64,000 nucleotides of DNA from contig DAHVMJ010000003.1 in NCBI GenBank assembly GCA_027319905.1, forward strand, positions 3,669-67,668, given 5' to 3'. Source of the stretch: Candidatus Micrarchaeota archaeon (GTDB lineage: Archaea > Micrarchaeota > Micrarchaeia > Micrarchaeales > CABMGC01). The notes beneath the pieces are model-generated. The model was not told the origin of the DNA and did not search any database. It saw only the letters and a program-made list of their open reading frames with translations. Position 1 is the first letter of the stretch. Each line of letters begins with the position of its first letter. A program made the translations under genes and the position numbers. Of this stretch, positions 52,685 to 62,299 are shown one piece after another.

Positions 52685-54868
52685 ATGCGCAATCTAATAG
52701 TTGCGGAAAAACCAAGCGTAGCTCTGCGAATAGCGCTCTCGCTTGGCAACGGAAGGCCGCTGAGAAAGAGCATAAACGGCATCGGGTACTTCGAGATGTT
52801 CAGGGACGGCAACACCCTGCTCGTGGTGGCCGCAGCGGGGCACCTGTTCACGCTAGCGCAGAAGGGCGAGACCAGAACGCTGCCGATCTTCGACCTCGAG
52901 TGGGTGCCGTCATTCAAGGTCAGCAAGGACGCGTATTTCACCAAGAAGTATCTCGACACGATAAAGGAGGTGAGCCGCGGCTGCGACGAGTTCACCAACG
53001 CCTGCGACTATGATGTGGAGGGCACCGTAATAGGCACCAACATAATCAAGTACGTCAAGACCAACGACGTGAACAAGGAACCGGACTGGGAGAACGTGAA
53101 GCGCATGCACTTCTCGACCACGACCAACCTGGACCTGCTTGCCGCGTACGAGAAGCGCGAGGGGTTCGACAAGGGCAACTTCGAGGCCGGAGAAGCGAGG
53201 CACGTGCTCGACTGGATGTGGGGGATAAACTTCAGCAGGGCGCTGATGAATGCGATGTACTCCACGGGCAACAGGAAGACGATGAGCATAGGCAGGGTGC
53301 AGGGGCCCACTCTGGCGATACTCGCCGAAAGGGAGAAGGAGATCAAGGCATTCAAGCCCAGGGACTACTGGGAAGTGTTTGTGCACGCGAATGGCGTAGA
53401 GTTCAGGAACAGACGCGGCGCCATATACGAGGAGGCCGTGGCCGAGGGACTGGTGAGGGAAGCCAGCGGAGCAAAGGCAAATGTTGACCTGGCAGAAACG
53501 CGTGAGGCGAAGCTCTTCCCGTTTCCGCCTTTCGACCTCACTTCTTTGCAGCTTGAAGCCAGCAGGACCCTGGGTCTCGATCCCTCACGGACGCTCGCCC
53601 TGGCTCAGGCGCTCTACGAACGCTCGTACATCTCATACCCGAGAACAGCCTCGCAGAAGCTGCCGTACTCGCTCAACCTGCCACGCATAATAAACGCACT
53701 CGCTGGCAATCCGAAATACAAGGAGCTCGCCGATGCGCTAATCAAGGCATCTAGATTCAGGCCGATCGAGGGCAGGAAGGAAGACGAGGCGCACCCAGCC
53801 ATATACCCCACCGGCGAGACGCCGAGCAGGCTCACCGTTGAGGAGGAAAAGCTCTACGATCTGATAGCGAGGCGTTTCCTCTCAGTGTTCGCGGAACCAG
53901 CGACCATCGAGCATACGGATGTACAGCTCTCGGTGGGCCAGGAGAAGTACGAGGCAAAGGGAAGCAGGACCGTGGCCCAGGGCTGGCTTAGCTACTACCC
54001 CTACTACAAGCCGCAGGAAGCACACATGCCGGCCTTCAAAGCTGGGGCATCGCACGGCGTTGAAAAGGCGCAGAGCAGGAAGTTGGTTACGAAGCCGCCT
54101 GACAGGTACACCAAAGCCAGCCTCATAGCGCTTCTCGAGTCCAAAGAACTTGGGACCAAGGCCACGCGAGCCGCGATAGTTGACACGCTCTTCAACCGCG
54201 GCTACATAGGCAACAAGCGAATAGAGGTGACGGCATACGGGATGAGCGTCTACGAAGCGCTGAGGCAACACGTTTCCCCAATACTCGACGAGGCGCTTAC
54301 GAGAAAGCTTGAGGAGGACATGGATGGCATAACCCGTGGCAAGACCACAGAGCAGGCTGTGATAAGCGAGGGCAAGGAGATGGTAGTCCAGACGATACAG
54401 CTCTTCAAGAAGAACGAGAAAGCAATAGGCACAGGGCTGGGCGAGGGCCTGGAGAAAACCAACCAGTCAAACGTGCTTGGCAAGTGCCTCAAGGACGGCG
54501 GCAACCTCGTCGTCAGATACTCGCGCGCTGGCAAGCAGTTCGTCGGGTGCGCGAACTGGCCAAAGTGCAATCAGACGTATCCTCTGCCGCAGTACGCCAA
54601 GATAGTCCCCACTGGCAAGGTTTGCCCGCTGTGTCACACTCCGATAGTCAAGGTTTTCAGGAAGGGCAAAGTCTTCGAGATGGACCTCGATCCCAACTGC
54701 GAGACAAAGAAGGACTGGGGTAAAAAGACTGAGACTGCGGTGAAGGCTGCTGATGAAACCGCGGCGAAAGAGCCAAAGATTCAGAAAGCAGCCGAGCTTA
54801 AAAAGACCAAGCCCGCAAAGAAGATAGCAAAGAAACCCAGAGCGGTGAAGGCTAAGAAGGTGGATTGA
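52685..54868 (+). CDS. topA: Type IA DNA topoisomerase
   Basis: 727 aa. Toprim start LIVAEKPSVA, active-site Tyr region ISYPRTASQKLP, C-terminal zinc ribbons (CANWPKCNQTYPLP, CPLCHTP), and a Lys-rich tail. Confidence 0.93.
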   Translation: MRNLIVAEKPSVALRIALSLGNGRPLRKSINGIGYFEMFRDGNTLLVVAAAGHLFTLAQKGETRTLPIFDLEWVPSFKVSKDAYFTKKYLDTIKEVSRGCDEFTNACDYDVEGTVIGTNIIKYVKTNDVNKEPDWENVKRMHFSTTTNLDLLAAYEKREGFDKGNFEAGEARHVLDWMWGINFSRALMNAMYSTGNRKTMSIGRVQGPTLAILAEREKEIKAFKPRDYWEVFVHANGVEFRNRRGAIYEEAVAEGLVREASGAKANVDLAETREAKLFPFPPFDLTSLQLEASRTLGLDPSRTLALAQALYERSYISYPRTASQKLPYSLNLPRIINALAGNPKYKELADALIKASRFRPIEGRKEDEAHPAIYPTGETPSRLTVEEEKLYDLIARRFLSVFAEPATIEHTDVQLSVGQEKYEAKGSRTVAQGWLSYYPYYKPQEAHMPAFKAGASHGVEKAQSRKLVTKPPDRYTKASLIALLESKELGTKATRAAIVDTLFNRGYIGNKRIEVTAYGMSVYEALRQHVSPILDEALTRKLEEDMDGITRGKTTEQAVISEGKEMVVQTIQLFKKNEKAIGTGLGEGLEKTNQSNVLGKCLKDGGNLVVRYSRAGKQFVGCANWPKCNQTYPLPQYAKIVPTGKVCPLCHTPIVKVFRKGKVFEMDLDPNCETKKDWGKKTETAVKAADETAAKEPKIQKAAELKKTKPAKKIAKKPRAVKAKKVD

Positions 54869-55440
54869 TGTTCATCTATCCAAGGATATACAAGAAAATG
54901 AAGCGCGGGCCGCAGGTTATCCTGCCGAAGGACATAGGCATGATAATCGCCTACTCAGGAGTCGGCAAAGATAGCGTTTGCGTAGACGCAGGAACGGGCA
55001 GCGGCTGGCTTACGGTGAGCCTGGCTCGAATCAGCAAGCACGTTTACGGCTACGACGTGCGCGACGATTTCCTGAAAATCACGAAACACAACGTTGACCT
55101 TGTGGGAGTGGACAACGTGACCTTGAAGAATCAGGACATCTTCAAGAGGATAGATGAGAAGAACGTTGACCTTGTCACGCTCGACCTGCCAAATGCGGAG
55201 AAAGCAGTAAAGAATGCGAAGAAGGCACTGAAGCCAGGGGGTTGCATCGTGGGCTACATGCCGCACGTAGAGCAGGTCAAGAAATACGTTGAGAGCCTGG
55301 AGAAACTGGGGTTTGTTGACATCTACACCATAGAGAGTATAGTTAGAGACATGCTTGTCAGAAAGGAGGGATCAAGACCTTCGACAAAGGGAGTCTGGCA
55401 CACAGGCTACCTGACCTTTGCCAGAAGCCCCATACTCTGA
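54868..55440 (+). CDS. trmI: tRNA (adenine-N1)-methyltransferase, TrmI/Trm61 family
   Basis: About 190 aa. GPQVILPKDIGMII and the SAM motif VDAGTGSGWLTVSLAR. Short N-terminus. Overlaps the topA stop. Confidence 0.75.
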   Translation: MFIYPRIYKKMKRGPQVILPKDIGMIIAYSGVGKDSVCVDAGTGSGWLTVSLARISKHVYGYDVRDDFLKITKHNVDLVGVDNVTLKNQDIFKRIDEKNVDLVTLDLPNAEKAVKNAKKALKPGGCIVGYMPHVEQVKKYVESLEKLGFVDIYTIESIVRDMLVRKEGSRPSTKGVWHTGYLTFARSPIL

Positions 55441-55450
55441 TCTTGCCTGT

Positions 55451-56053
55451 CTAGACTGTAATAATTTGCGGGTCGATGGTGGGGTATGACAACTCACGCA
55501 CAACTCCAACTATGGGAAACTTATCTTGGAGCTCTTTGTATACCTGAACCACACAACCAGGCTGGAATCCTGATTGCCCCTTGTGAAAAATTTCTTTGGT
55601 GAATTCTTCTTCATCCAAACCAGCTCTTTTCGCGACTCTTGCATCTAATATCTGAGTCTTCTTCAGGACTTCAACAAGACGCCTCCTTTTCTCTTCCGGC
55701 AATTTTTTAGTGTAGTTCTTGATATTTTGTGTTATGTCTGCCACGCCGTACCACCACAAAAACTCTCCGCATACGCCTACAGCTTCGACTTTATCTTTTC
55801 TTAAAACAGATACAAGTTCATCTACGTCACACGCCCCCAATCTGTCACTTAATATGTGCGTGGCACCTCGCAAACCGGGAGGTGTTGCGTCTTTCCTGTA
55901 TAGAAGCACTGCAGACGGTTGCGACCTCACCGCTCTGCTCAAGCTTGACGTGTACTCCTGGTAGTCCCCATAAGAACTGATGGCGTTGTGACCGACAGCG
56001 TGACCTGCCGCATAATAACCAGGATGAACCACTATCAATGAAGATTTTGGCAT
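55451..56053 (-). CDS. Hypothetical protein
   Basis: 200-aa ORF filling an otherwise empty interval. No motif recognised. Confidence 0.4.
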   Translation of the reverse strand: MPKSSLIVVHPGYYAAGHAVGHNAISSYGDYQEYTSSLSRAVRSQPSAVLLYRKDATPPGLRGATHILSDRLGACDVDELVSVLRKDKVEAVGVCGEFLWWYGVADITQNIKNYTKKLPEEKRRRLVEVLKKTQILDARVAKRAGLDEEEFTKEIFHKGQSGFQPGCVVQVYKELQDKFPIVGVVRELSYPTIDPQIITV

Positions 56054-56109
56054 ACCTTTATACTCTTTTTAAGCTTATTTATTGATTTCTCTAATTTTAG
56101 AAAAAGAGT

Positions 56110-57075
56110 CTACTTCTTCTCGAGAAGTGCGAGGTTAGCGAGCATCGCCTCGAGCTGTATGCGCTCGTTCGCTCCCTCCACTATTCGGAAGTTGTACTCG
56201 CCTATCGCCTTGAGCAGGCTGAGCTTCATGTGCTCCCCTACTGGAAGGTTGAGCGCCTCCCTGTAGCACTGCAGGAGAACGTCCTCACCGCTCATGCCGT
56301 AGTTGAGCAGCAGTGTGTTGAGTTCGTTCCGCGCCTTCTGGAAGTCGCCGTCCATCGCGTACTTGAGCATCGAGTTCACTTCCTTTGGCCTGGCCCTCGA
56401 GGCGATATCGTATACTTCGCGTTCTCCAACCTTCGAGTTGAGAACTGCGGCGCTCTGCAGCACATTCGTAAGCTTTCTCAGGTCACCCTCGCTCACATAG
56501 ACAAGCGCCTCAACTGCCTTCTCTTCTATCTGCAGTCCCTCCCCCTTCTCTATCCTGTGTATGTACTTCTTCACCTCCTCCTCGTTCAGCGGCTTGAATC
56601 TCAGCACCACGCATCTGCTCTGTATCGGCTCTATTATTTTGCTCGCATAGTTTGCGCTGAACACGAATCGCGTTGTTGCTGAGTATCGCTCCATCGTCCT
56701 CCTGAGCGCGTGCTGCGCCTCAGGAGTTAGCGCGTCGGCTTCGTCGAGGAAGATGATCTTCACCAGCCCGCTCGTGAGCGGCAGCGTCCTTGCAAACTCC
56801 TTTACGCTTCCCCTTATGACGTCTATGCCCCTGCTGTCGCTGGCGTTCAGTTCCTTGAACGCCTCACCCAGCTCATTGCCGTACAGCTCCTTCGCCATTG
56901 CGAGCGCGGACGTCGTCTTTCCCACGCCAGCCGGTCCGGCGAATATCATGTTCGGGAAGCTTTTGGATTTGACAAAAGCCTCGAGCCTGTGCGCTATCGC
57001 CTCCTGCCCTATTATCTCAGAAATCTTCGAAGGCCTGTACTTTTCAGTCCAGGCGATATCCTCTATACTGACCAT
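56110..57075 (-). CDS. rfcS: Replication factor C small subunit
   Basis: WTEKYRP, Walker A GPAGVGKTTSA, DEADALT, and the SRC motif (IQSRCVVLRF). The track ORF starts at 57105; Met11 (57075) is the more typical start. Confidence 0.95.
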   Translation of the reverse strand: MVSIEDIAWTEKYRPSKISEIIGQEAIAHRLEAFVKSKSFPNMIFAGPAGVGKTTSALAMAKELYGNELGEAFKELNASDSRGIDVIRGSVKEFARTLPLTSGLVKIIFLDEADALTPEAQHALRRTMERYSATTRFVFSANYASKIIEPIQSRCVVLRFKPLNEEEVKKYIHRIEKGEGLQIEEKAVEALVYVSEGDLRKLTNVLQSAAVLNSKVGEREVYDIASRARPKEVNSMLKYAMDGDFQKARNELNTLLLNYGMSGEDVLLQCYREALNLPVGEHMKLSLLKAIGEYNFRIVEGANERIQLEAMLANLALLEKK

Positions 57076-57125
57076 AGACAAAAACCCACGGGGGTTAAGC
57101 CACAACTATTTGGTTGTAAAGTTTA

Positions 57126-57395
57126 TTAAACATAGGTAACGAGTTTTCTCTTGAAGAAGAGAATACCGAGGCCGAGGAGGCCCGCCAGAGACCCAACCGC
57201 GATGAAGAGCGGGCCGTTGGACCTGCACGGACATGTGCTTGCAACCTGCTGCGGAGTCGCATTGACAGGAATTTCGGGGCAGCTGCATGCAGTGTTTGTG
57301 ACGAGGTAAAGCCCGACCGCCGCGGACAGCACTCCCGCGAGAATCCATGCGGCTCCAACCAATTGTATGCGTCTTTCAGCATCGCTTCGTTTCAA
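57126..57395 (-). CDS. Small two-TM membrane protein with a Cys-rich loop
   Basis: 89 aa. Two hydrophobic helices flank TNTACSCPEIPVNATPQQVASTCPC. Confidence 0.45.
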   Translation of the reverse strand: MKRSDAERRIQLVGAAWILAGVLSAAVGLYLVTNTACSCPEIPVNATPQQVASTCPCRSNGPLFIAVGSLAGLLGLGILFFKRKLVTYV

Positions 57396-57399
57396 TCAC

Positions 57400-58467
57400 T
57401 CATCCGGGCACAATGTTGTCCACAACGAACTTCGGGTCATATAGGACAAGGTCGGTATACTTCTCTCCCATGCCGAAGTAAAGTATCGGCACCGTGGTGT
57501 CGCTCAGTATGGAGAGCGTGTTGCCTCCTTTCGCATCAACATCCAGCTTTGTTAGTATCACTCCATCGAGCTTCGCTGCCTGGTCGAACTGCTTTACCTG
57601 CTCGAGAAGCGAGTTGCCCGCTATGCCCTCGCCCACGAAGACGCAGAGGTCGGGCTTGTTCACCCTCACCATCTTCTTCAGCTCCTCTATCAGGCTCTTG
57701 TTTGTCTCCTGTCTGCCCGCGCTGTCGATCAGCACCACGTCCAGATCGTGCGCTTTGGCGTACGCCACAGCATCGAAGGCTATGCTCGCCGGATCTGCCC
57801 CGTAAGTACCCTTTATCACGTCCACCCCAAGCCTTTTTGCGTGTATGGCCGACTGCTCTATCGCTGCCGCCCTGAAGGTGTCGCTCGCCGAGATTACGCA
57901 ACTCATGCCGCTGCCCTTGAACATGTGCGCCATCTTCGCTATCGTGGTTGTCTTGCCGGCTCCGTTCGGCCCGAGGAAGAGTATCTTGAAGGGCCCCTCG
58001 CCTTTTTGTTTTTTCTCCCTCGCGCGCTGCATCACATCAATCCCGCTGTTCTTTGTGAGCGTCTGCATCAACGAGTTCCTTATCTCGTCCCTTATCTCCT
58101 TCTTCATGTCTCTCGAACTCACCTCCTTGTTCACAAGGTTGTCATGAAGCCTGGCGACGAGCCGCTCGGCAACGTCATAGTTGACATCGGTCTGCAGCAG
58201 AGCCACGCGGAGCTGCTCCAGGAACGGATCCGCATCCTTCTCTCCCACGCTCACCCTCCCAAGCACCGCGCCCTTTATCTTTGTGGCGAGCGTGACGTCT
58301 GGTGATTTTTCCCCTTCTCCCTTCTTAGCGGCGTGTTGCTCGTGCGGTACAGTGCGTTGCCCCTCTGCCCTTTCCTCAGTTTTCGCTTCTTCTTTCTTTT
58401 CCTTGCCGCTGAGGCCTTCTACAAAATCAGAGAACTTCTTCTTAAGCCCTTCAAACATTCGAATCAA
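57400..58467 (-). CDS. ftsY: Signal recognition particle receptor FtsY
   Basis: 355 aa. Acidic/Lys-rich N-terminus. NG domain with GPNGAGKTTTIAK, DSAGRQ and TKLD. Confidence 0.95.
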   Translation of the reverse strand: MIRMFEGLKKKFSDFVEGLSGKEKKEEAKTEERAEGQRTVPHEQHAAKKGEGEKSPDVTLATKIKGAVLGRVSVGEKDADPFLEQLRVALLQTDVNYDVAERLVARLHDNLVNKEVSSRDMKKEIRDEIRNSLMQTLTKNSGIDVMQRAREKKQKGEGPFKILFLGPNGAGKTTTIAKMAHMFKGSGMSCVISASDTFRAAAIEQSAIHAKRLGVDVIKGTYGADPASIAFDAVAYAKAHDLDVVLIDSAGRQETNKSLIEELKKMVRVNKPDLCVFVGEGIAGNSLLEQVKQFDQAAKLDGVILTKLDVDAKGGNTLSILSDTTVPILYFGMGEKYTDLVLYDPKFVVDNIVPG

Positions 58468-58570
58468 TCAGTATTTCGTGCTGAATTTAATATTCCTTGC
58501 TTGTTGCGCCCTGGACGTTTCATACGATAGGTTATTATGTATTTCATCTGTCTGATGGTAAGCTGATTGC

Positions 58571-58927
58571 TTGGCTGGAAATCAACACGGTCTTGAGGTA
58601 CGCAGGGTCTTCCTGTTTCTCTCATTATTCTTCGTCTTGGCAATGCTCTTGGATGCATTCACAGAACTGGATCTTCCTACGCACGCTGTCGATGAGATAG
58701 GCATTGCTGTCCTGTCTTTGATAGCATTGATTTACCTGGCCGTTTCTTGGAGGAAGACAGGGGTCGAAGCGATTACAACGCAGAACAACGTTCTCTTCGC
58801 GTTCTTCGTGCTAATGCTGCTGTTCCAGATTTATGGGATAGTTGTAGAAGCAGGTACGAACGATTTCGGAAACGAGATACCCGTACTTATTGGGATAGTA
58901 TTGGCGCTTGTGAACAGGTTCACATAG
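58571..58927 (+). CDS. Hypothetical 4-TM membrane protein
   Basis: 118 aa, TTG start, four hydrophobic helices. Confidence 0.4.
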   Translation: MAGNQHGLEVRRVFLFLSLFFVLAMLLDAFTELDLPTHAVDEIGIAVLSLIALIYLAVSWRKTGVEAITTQNNVLFAFFVLMLLFQIYGIVVEAGTNDFGNEIPVLIGIVLALVNRFT

Positions 58928-58995
58928 GCGTTGGTAGGTTGAGCGAGGCCGTCTTTACTTAATGTTTGCTGAGTCGCGCGGGCAGAAATGAGTTG

Positions 58996-59724
58996 CTAGC
59001 TTCTTATTGCGCCAACCCACGGACCGTGAATGAAAGAAGTATGCTGATCACGGTCTTCCAGCTCGTCATTCTTCTCATGTCTGCCTGCCGTGCCGTCTCT
59101 CATGAAAAGCCTGACCACATCTCTCTTCATCTGCGTTCCAAGCGATCTGTCGATCAAGCCTCTCAGTCTGCCTCTGTCCTCCAGGACCTCCCAGTTGATC
59201 CCGAACGCCCAGGCCATCTCGTGGCTGACCGTATGCATGACCGCAAGCGTCGTAGCCTCAGCGCCTATTATCCACCTGTTCGGGTCCGGTTCTTTGAAGA
59301 GCGGGGTGCAGAACTTGACAAACGCAATCCCTTCTCCGCTCTGGGGGAACCTGCTCAGTTCTATCATTGGATAGTTGAATCTATATTGGTCGTCAACCGG
59401 TTTGTTGCCGCCAAGCAGCGCACCGTTTACTCCGTTCTTTAGGGCCTCGTCCACGTTTTTATTAGACAGCATCCCAGCCATCGATCTTATGTATCTGTCC
59501 TCGTGTTTCTGCTGCGCAAGCTTGGGTATCTGTATCGGTAAAAAGAAAGCGAAACGGAAGTACCTCGCATCCTTGTATACCATCTCTTCTTTCTGCTCGA
59601 AGCTGGGAAACGACGGGCCCGCCTTTTCGGTCTCTCCCCATTCCTTTGGTTTCAATCCGCGCGTGGCAGAAACAAGGGCGCACCTGGCGCTGGACTCATC
59701 AGGTAAAATAACTATTCTGGACAT
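58996..59724 (-). CDS. Uncharacterised protein, tandem paralog A
   Basis: 242 aa. Shares DDQ[YF]-x-F-x-YP ... PDPNRW/SDPERW and the upstream hhhhP-h-x-h-P segment with 59787-60533. Confidence 0.55.
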   Translation of the reverse strand: MSRIVILPDESSARCALVSATRGLKPKEWGETEKAGPSFPSFEQKEEMVYKDARYFRFAFFLPIQIPKLAQQKHEDRYIRSMAGMLSNKNVDEALKNGVNGALLGGNKPVDDQYRFNYPMIELSRFPQSGEGIAFVKFCTPLFKEPDPNRWIIGAEATTLAVMHTVSHEMAWAFGINWEVLEDRGRLRGLIDRSLGTQMKRDVVRLFMRDGTAGRHEKNDELEDRDQHTSFIHGPWVGAIRS

Positions 59725-59786
59725 CTCCCCGATCGGAGAGCTATTGATCTACCTGTTTATATTGTTTGGCTTCACCCTAACGGTTC

Positions 59787-60533
59787 CTATACCGGGCTTC
59801 CCGGAGTGCCGGACGGCCCGACCGTGGCAGGCAGTTTACCAGAAAGCCAGAACGTCAAATACGGCCTGTCCTCCCGCTCCTTGCCCGGCGCGATGAAAAG
59901 ATTTACGGGATACGGCATCGAAGCATCGTTCCATTTATCCCACACCTTGTTTAGTTTTTCAGGATCGGCCACGGCTTCGGCGTCTATGTCGACCTTGCCC
60001 AAACCGGCGACCATCATGTTTCGCGTAACGTCAAGCAGCGTTTTGTGTATTCTTTCTTTCCATCGCTCAGGATCAGAAGGTCTGAGGTACGGACTGGTCA
60101 CCAGAAGGAACGCGTTGATTCCGCCTCCGGCATGATTAACCACCACGAACGCATCTGGATACACGAAACCGAACTGGTCGTCAGTGGCCTCTTTGTTTTC
60201 GCTATCAAACATGTTTCTTCCGACCACGCCCTTGAGCTTGTCATCGCCTACCTTCTGAGCCAGGTAGTCCCTCGCCGCATACGCTAATGCGTGCCCCCTA
60301 TTGTGCGACAGCCCCTCCGGGAGCTTCAGCGGCACTATGAGCGCGTAAAAAAGGACCTGCTGCCCGGTCTCGGCCCTCTCTTCTATGTAAGCCCTCACGC
60401 TCGCGGTAAGTTTGTTGGTCAGTTCGTCTGGGCTTAATGTTGCTGTTTGGTTGTCGTCCCTGCTTCTGAGTTCGCTTCGGAGTGTCGTCTTGGCCCCTTC
60501 CCCTGCCCTGAAAATGTTCCACATCCTCGTCAC
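59787..60533 (-). CDS. Uncharacterised protein, tandem paralog B
   Basis: 248 aa. DDQFGFVYPDAFVVVNHAGGGINAFLLVTSPYLRPSDPERW aligns with paralog A. Confidence 0.55.
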   Translation of the reverse strand: MTRMWNIFRAGEGAKTTLRSELRSRDDNQTATLSPDELTNKLTASVRAYIEERAETGQQVLFYALIVPLKLPEGLSHNRGHALAYAARDYLAQKVGDDKLKGVVGRNMFDSENKEATDDQFGFVYPDAFVVVNHAGGGINAFLLVTSPYLRPSDPERWKERIHKTLLDVTRNMMVAGLGKVDIDAEAVADPEKLNKVWDKWNDASMPYPVNLFIAPGKEREDRPYLTFWLSGKLPATVGPSGTPGSPV

Positions 60534-60593
60534 TCAACAGTAGCGCGTGCCATATTTATAGCTTGTCTTTGGTTTCGCCCGGTTTGCGCCCGC

Positions 60594-61019
60594 CTAGCGG
60601 TCTTGCTGCATCGCTTCTATTGCGTACTGCACCCGCATTATCTCGCTCTCGAGCTTCTGCTTTTCTCCGGCGAGTCTCTCCAGGGTTCCTTTGCTCATTT
60701 CCTTGTTCTTGCCGATGAACTCCTTGGCCTGTTCTATGTCCTTCTCAACAAGATAGCCCGCGCCGACGTACGTTAGGACCTTCTTGATGTCCTTTACATT
60801 CGCTTCAAAATATGTGCCGCCCTCTCCGCTCACCAGTATGTTTGTCCCCTTGATTGTGTCCCTCTTCTCAAACAACTGCAGGTTCCTGTCCAGTGCAGCC
60901 TGCGCTATGCTCATCGTTGTTATCTCGTTCATAAGTGCCTCGTACTGCTGGTTGTAAAGGCTTTGCAGATAGAACAGCCTGTTTATCTCGTCCTCGCGCT
61001 TGCTCCTCTCTTCTGCCAC
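60594..61019 (-). CDS. pfdA: Prefoldin alpha subunit
   Basis: 141 aa, GTG start. Coiled coil, then a beta-hairpin region (ILVSGEGGTYFEANVKDIKKVLTYVGAGYLVEK), then coiled coil. Lies in the conserved position next to ftsY. Confidence 0.85.
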   Translation of the reverse strand: MAEERSKREDEINRLFYLQSLYNQQYEALMNEITTMSIAQAALDRNLQLFEKRDTIKGTNILVSGEGGTYFEANVKDIKKVLTYVGAGYLVEKDIEQAKEFIGKNKEMSKGTLERLAGEKQKLESEIMRVQYAIEAMQQDR

Positions 61020-61026
61020 GCAATCA

Positions 61027-61185
61027 TCATTCTGGGGTCTTTAGAGGCGTGTTGGCCTGCCTTCTTAGGTCACCCTCGCTGAGTCCCCGGGTTCTTTCCA
61101 TGGCCTCGCGCCGTCTGCTGTAGATAAGCTCTTGGACTTCAAGCGTTGAGACATCCTTCTCCTTGCTGGTTCTTGTTTTCTTCAT
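61027..61185 (-). CDS. Small basic ORF (52 aa), identity unknown
   Basis: Not in the ORF track because it is under 60 aa. ATG at 61183-61185 (complement) and TGA at 61027-61029. Reads MKKTRTSKEKDVSTLEVQELIYSRRREAMERTRGLSEGDLRRQANTPLKTPE. It fills the eIF6-pfdA gap. Confidence 0.3.
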   Translation of the reverse strand: MKKTRTSKEKDVSTLEVQELIYSRRREAMERTRGLSEGDLRRQANTPLKTPE

Positions 61186-61225
61186 GTAACCACGTTTGCT
61201 TAGCACATTTATAATACCGATCGCG

Positions 61226-61906
61226 TCACGAGATGTCCAAAGCGTCTGCTATTCTCGAGAGCTCAAAGCCTGTAGTGGTCTCACCCACCACCAGGCCTCT
61301 GGAGTTAGCCACGGTGCACAGACCTATGCTCACAGAGCCAAGATTCGCTGTCGACTGTTCCGCGTTCGCGCCCACAAACTTCTCCAGTGTTGCTTTCTCG
61401 TGCTCCGTGGCCCTGTTGTTGACCACCAGGCCTTTGTTTGTTAGTATGTTGTTTGCGCCTACCGTGGCGAAGCCGCCGGCGCTGGCTTTAATGACCTCCA
61501 CCTGCAATGCGTCTGCTATGGCTTTCTCCTCAGCCCTGCTGTAGGCCGGATTTATCACGGCGTACCTGTCGTTGACCAGTATGTTGTTCCTGAGCGCGTT
61601 GTAGTCGGTGTTCAGTACATCGACAGCAAGTCCGCGCAGTTCGTGCCTGATCGCGGCGAGTTCCCTGTCTTCCGTGCCATGCGGGAGCAGCACTCCGTTG
61701 GAGTTCGCAGCGACATACACGCCGACGAATCCGGAGTTGGCAACGCTGGTCCTTATTCCCTCGACTCCCAGCGTCTGGCGAAGCTTGTGCTCCTCGCCCA
61801 CGCTGACCTCGTTTCCCATCAAGAAGAATTTCTCAGTCGCCACGACCCAGGCGCCTATGTAATCGTTGCCCAGTATCTCGAGCTTCTCTATGCCCATCTT
61901 GATCAA
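61226..61906 (-). CDS. eif6: Translation initiation factor 6 (aIF6)
   Basis: 226 aa. Pentein repeats with GNDYIGAWVVATEKF, GVYVAANSNGVLLP and GANNILTNKGLVV. Confidence 0.93.
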   Translation of the reverse strand: MIKMGIEKLEILGNDYIGAWVVATEKFFLMGNEVSVGEEHKLRQTLGVEGIRTSVANSGFVGVYVAANSNGVLLPHGTEDRELAAIRHELRGLAVDVLNTDYNALRNNILVNDRYAVINPAYSRAEEKAIADALQVEVIKASAGGFATVGANNILTNKGLVVNNRATEHEKATLEKFVGANAEQSTANLGSVSIGLCTVANSRGLVVGETTTGFELSRIADALDIS

Positions 61907-62295
61907 GCTTGCTTAGGCCGCTCAGGTTCTTTGTTTGCCTTCGCCTTTTCTGGTTCGCCCTTGACTCGCGCCTTTGGCTTCTTATCCTCGGCCTTCTGTG
62001 CGGGCTGTGCCGCAGGAGCCGCCGCCGCTGCCTTGGCAGCCTGAAGTTTAACGTCCACCCTGTCTTCTGATTTCTCAACACTAAGCGCCAGCCTGGACCA
62101 CATAAACGATGCGCCGTTTGCGTTCTTCTCTATGAACTCGTTCAGGTCCCTGCCTATCCTGATCTTGTTTATGTCTGACTTGGACAGCTTCGCTACTGCC
62201 TCTCTCACCAGACCCGCCGCCCGCTTCCTCCTCCTGATGCTGTGCAGTCTCAGCAGCCTCTTCCTGAGGTTTATCGTCATGGTCATGCTCTGCAT
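61903..62295 (-). CDS. rpl31e: 50S ribosomal protein L31e
   Basis: 130 aa. MTINLRKRL...RKRAAGLVREAVAKL...IRIGRDLNEFI fits L31e. Carries an Ala/Lys-rich C-terminal extension. Confidence 0.85.
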   Translation of the reverse strand: MQSMTMTINLRKRLLRLHSIRRRKRAAGLVREAVAKLSKSDINKIRIGRDLNEFIEKNANGASFMWSRLALSVEKSEDRVDVKLQAAKAAAAAPAAQPAQKAEDKKPKARVKGEPEKAKANKEPERPKQA

Positions 62296-62299
62296 TCGA

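Noticed and set aside
57363-57875. 170-aa plus-strand ORF over ftsY
   Set aside because: It is antisense to the FtsY NG domain, with a Pro/Arg/Ser/Cys-rich product.
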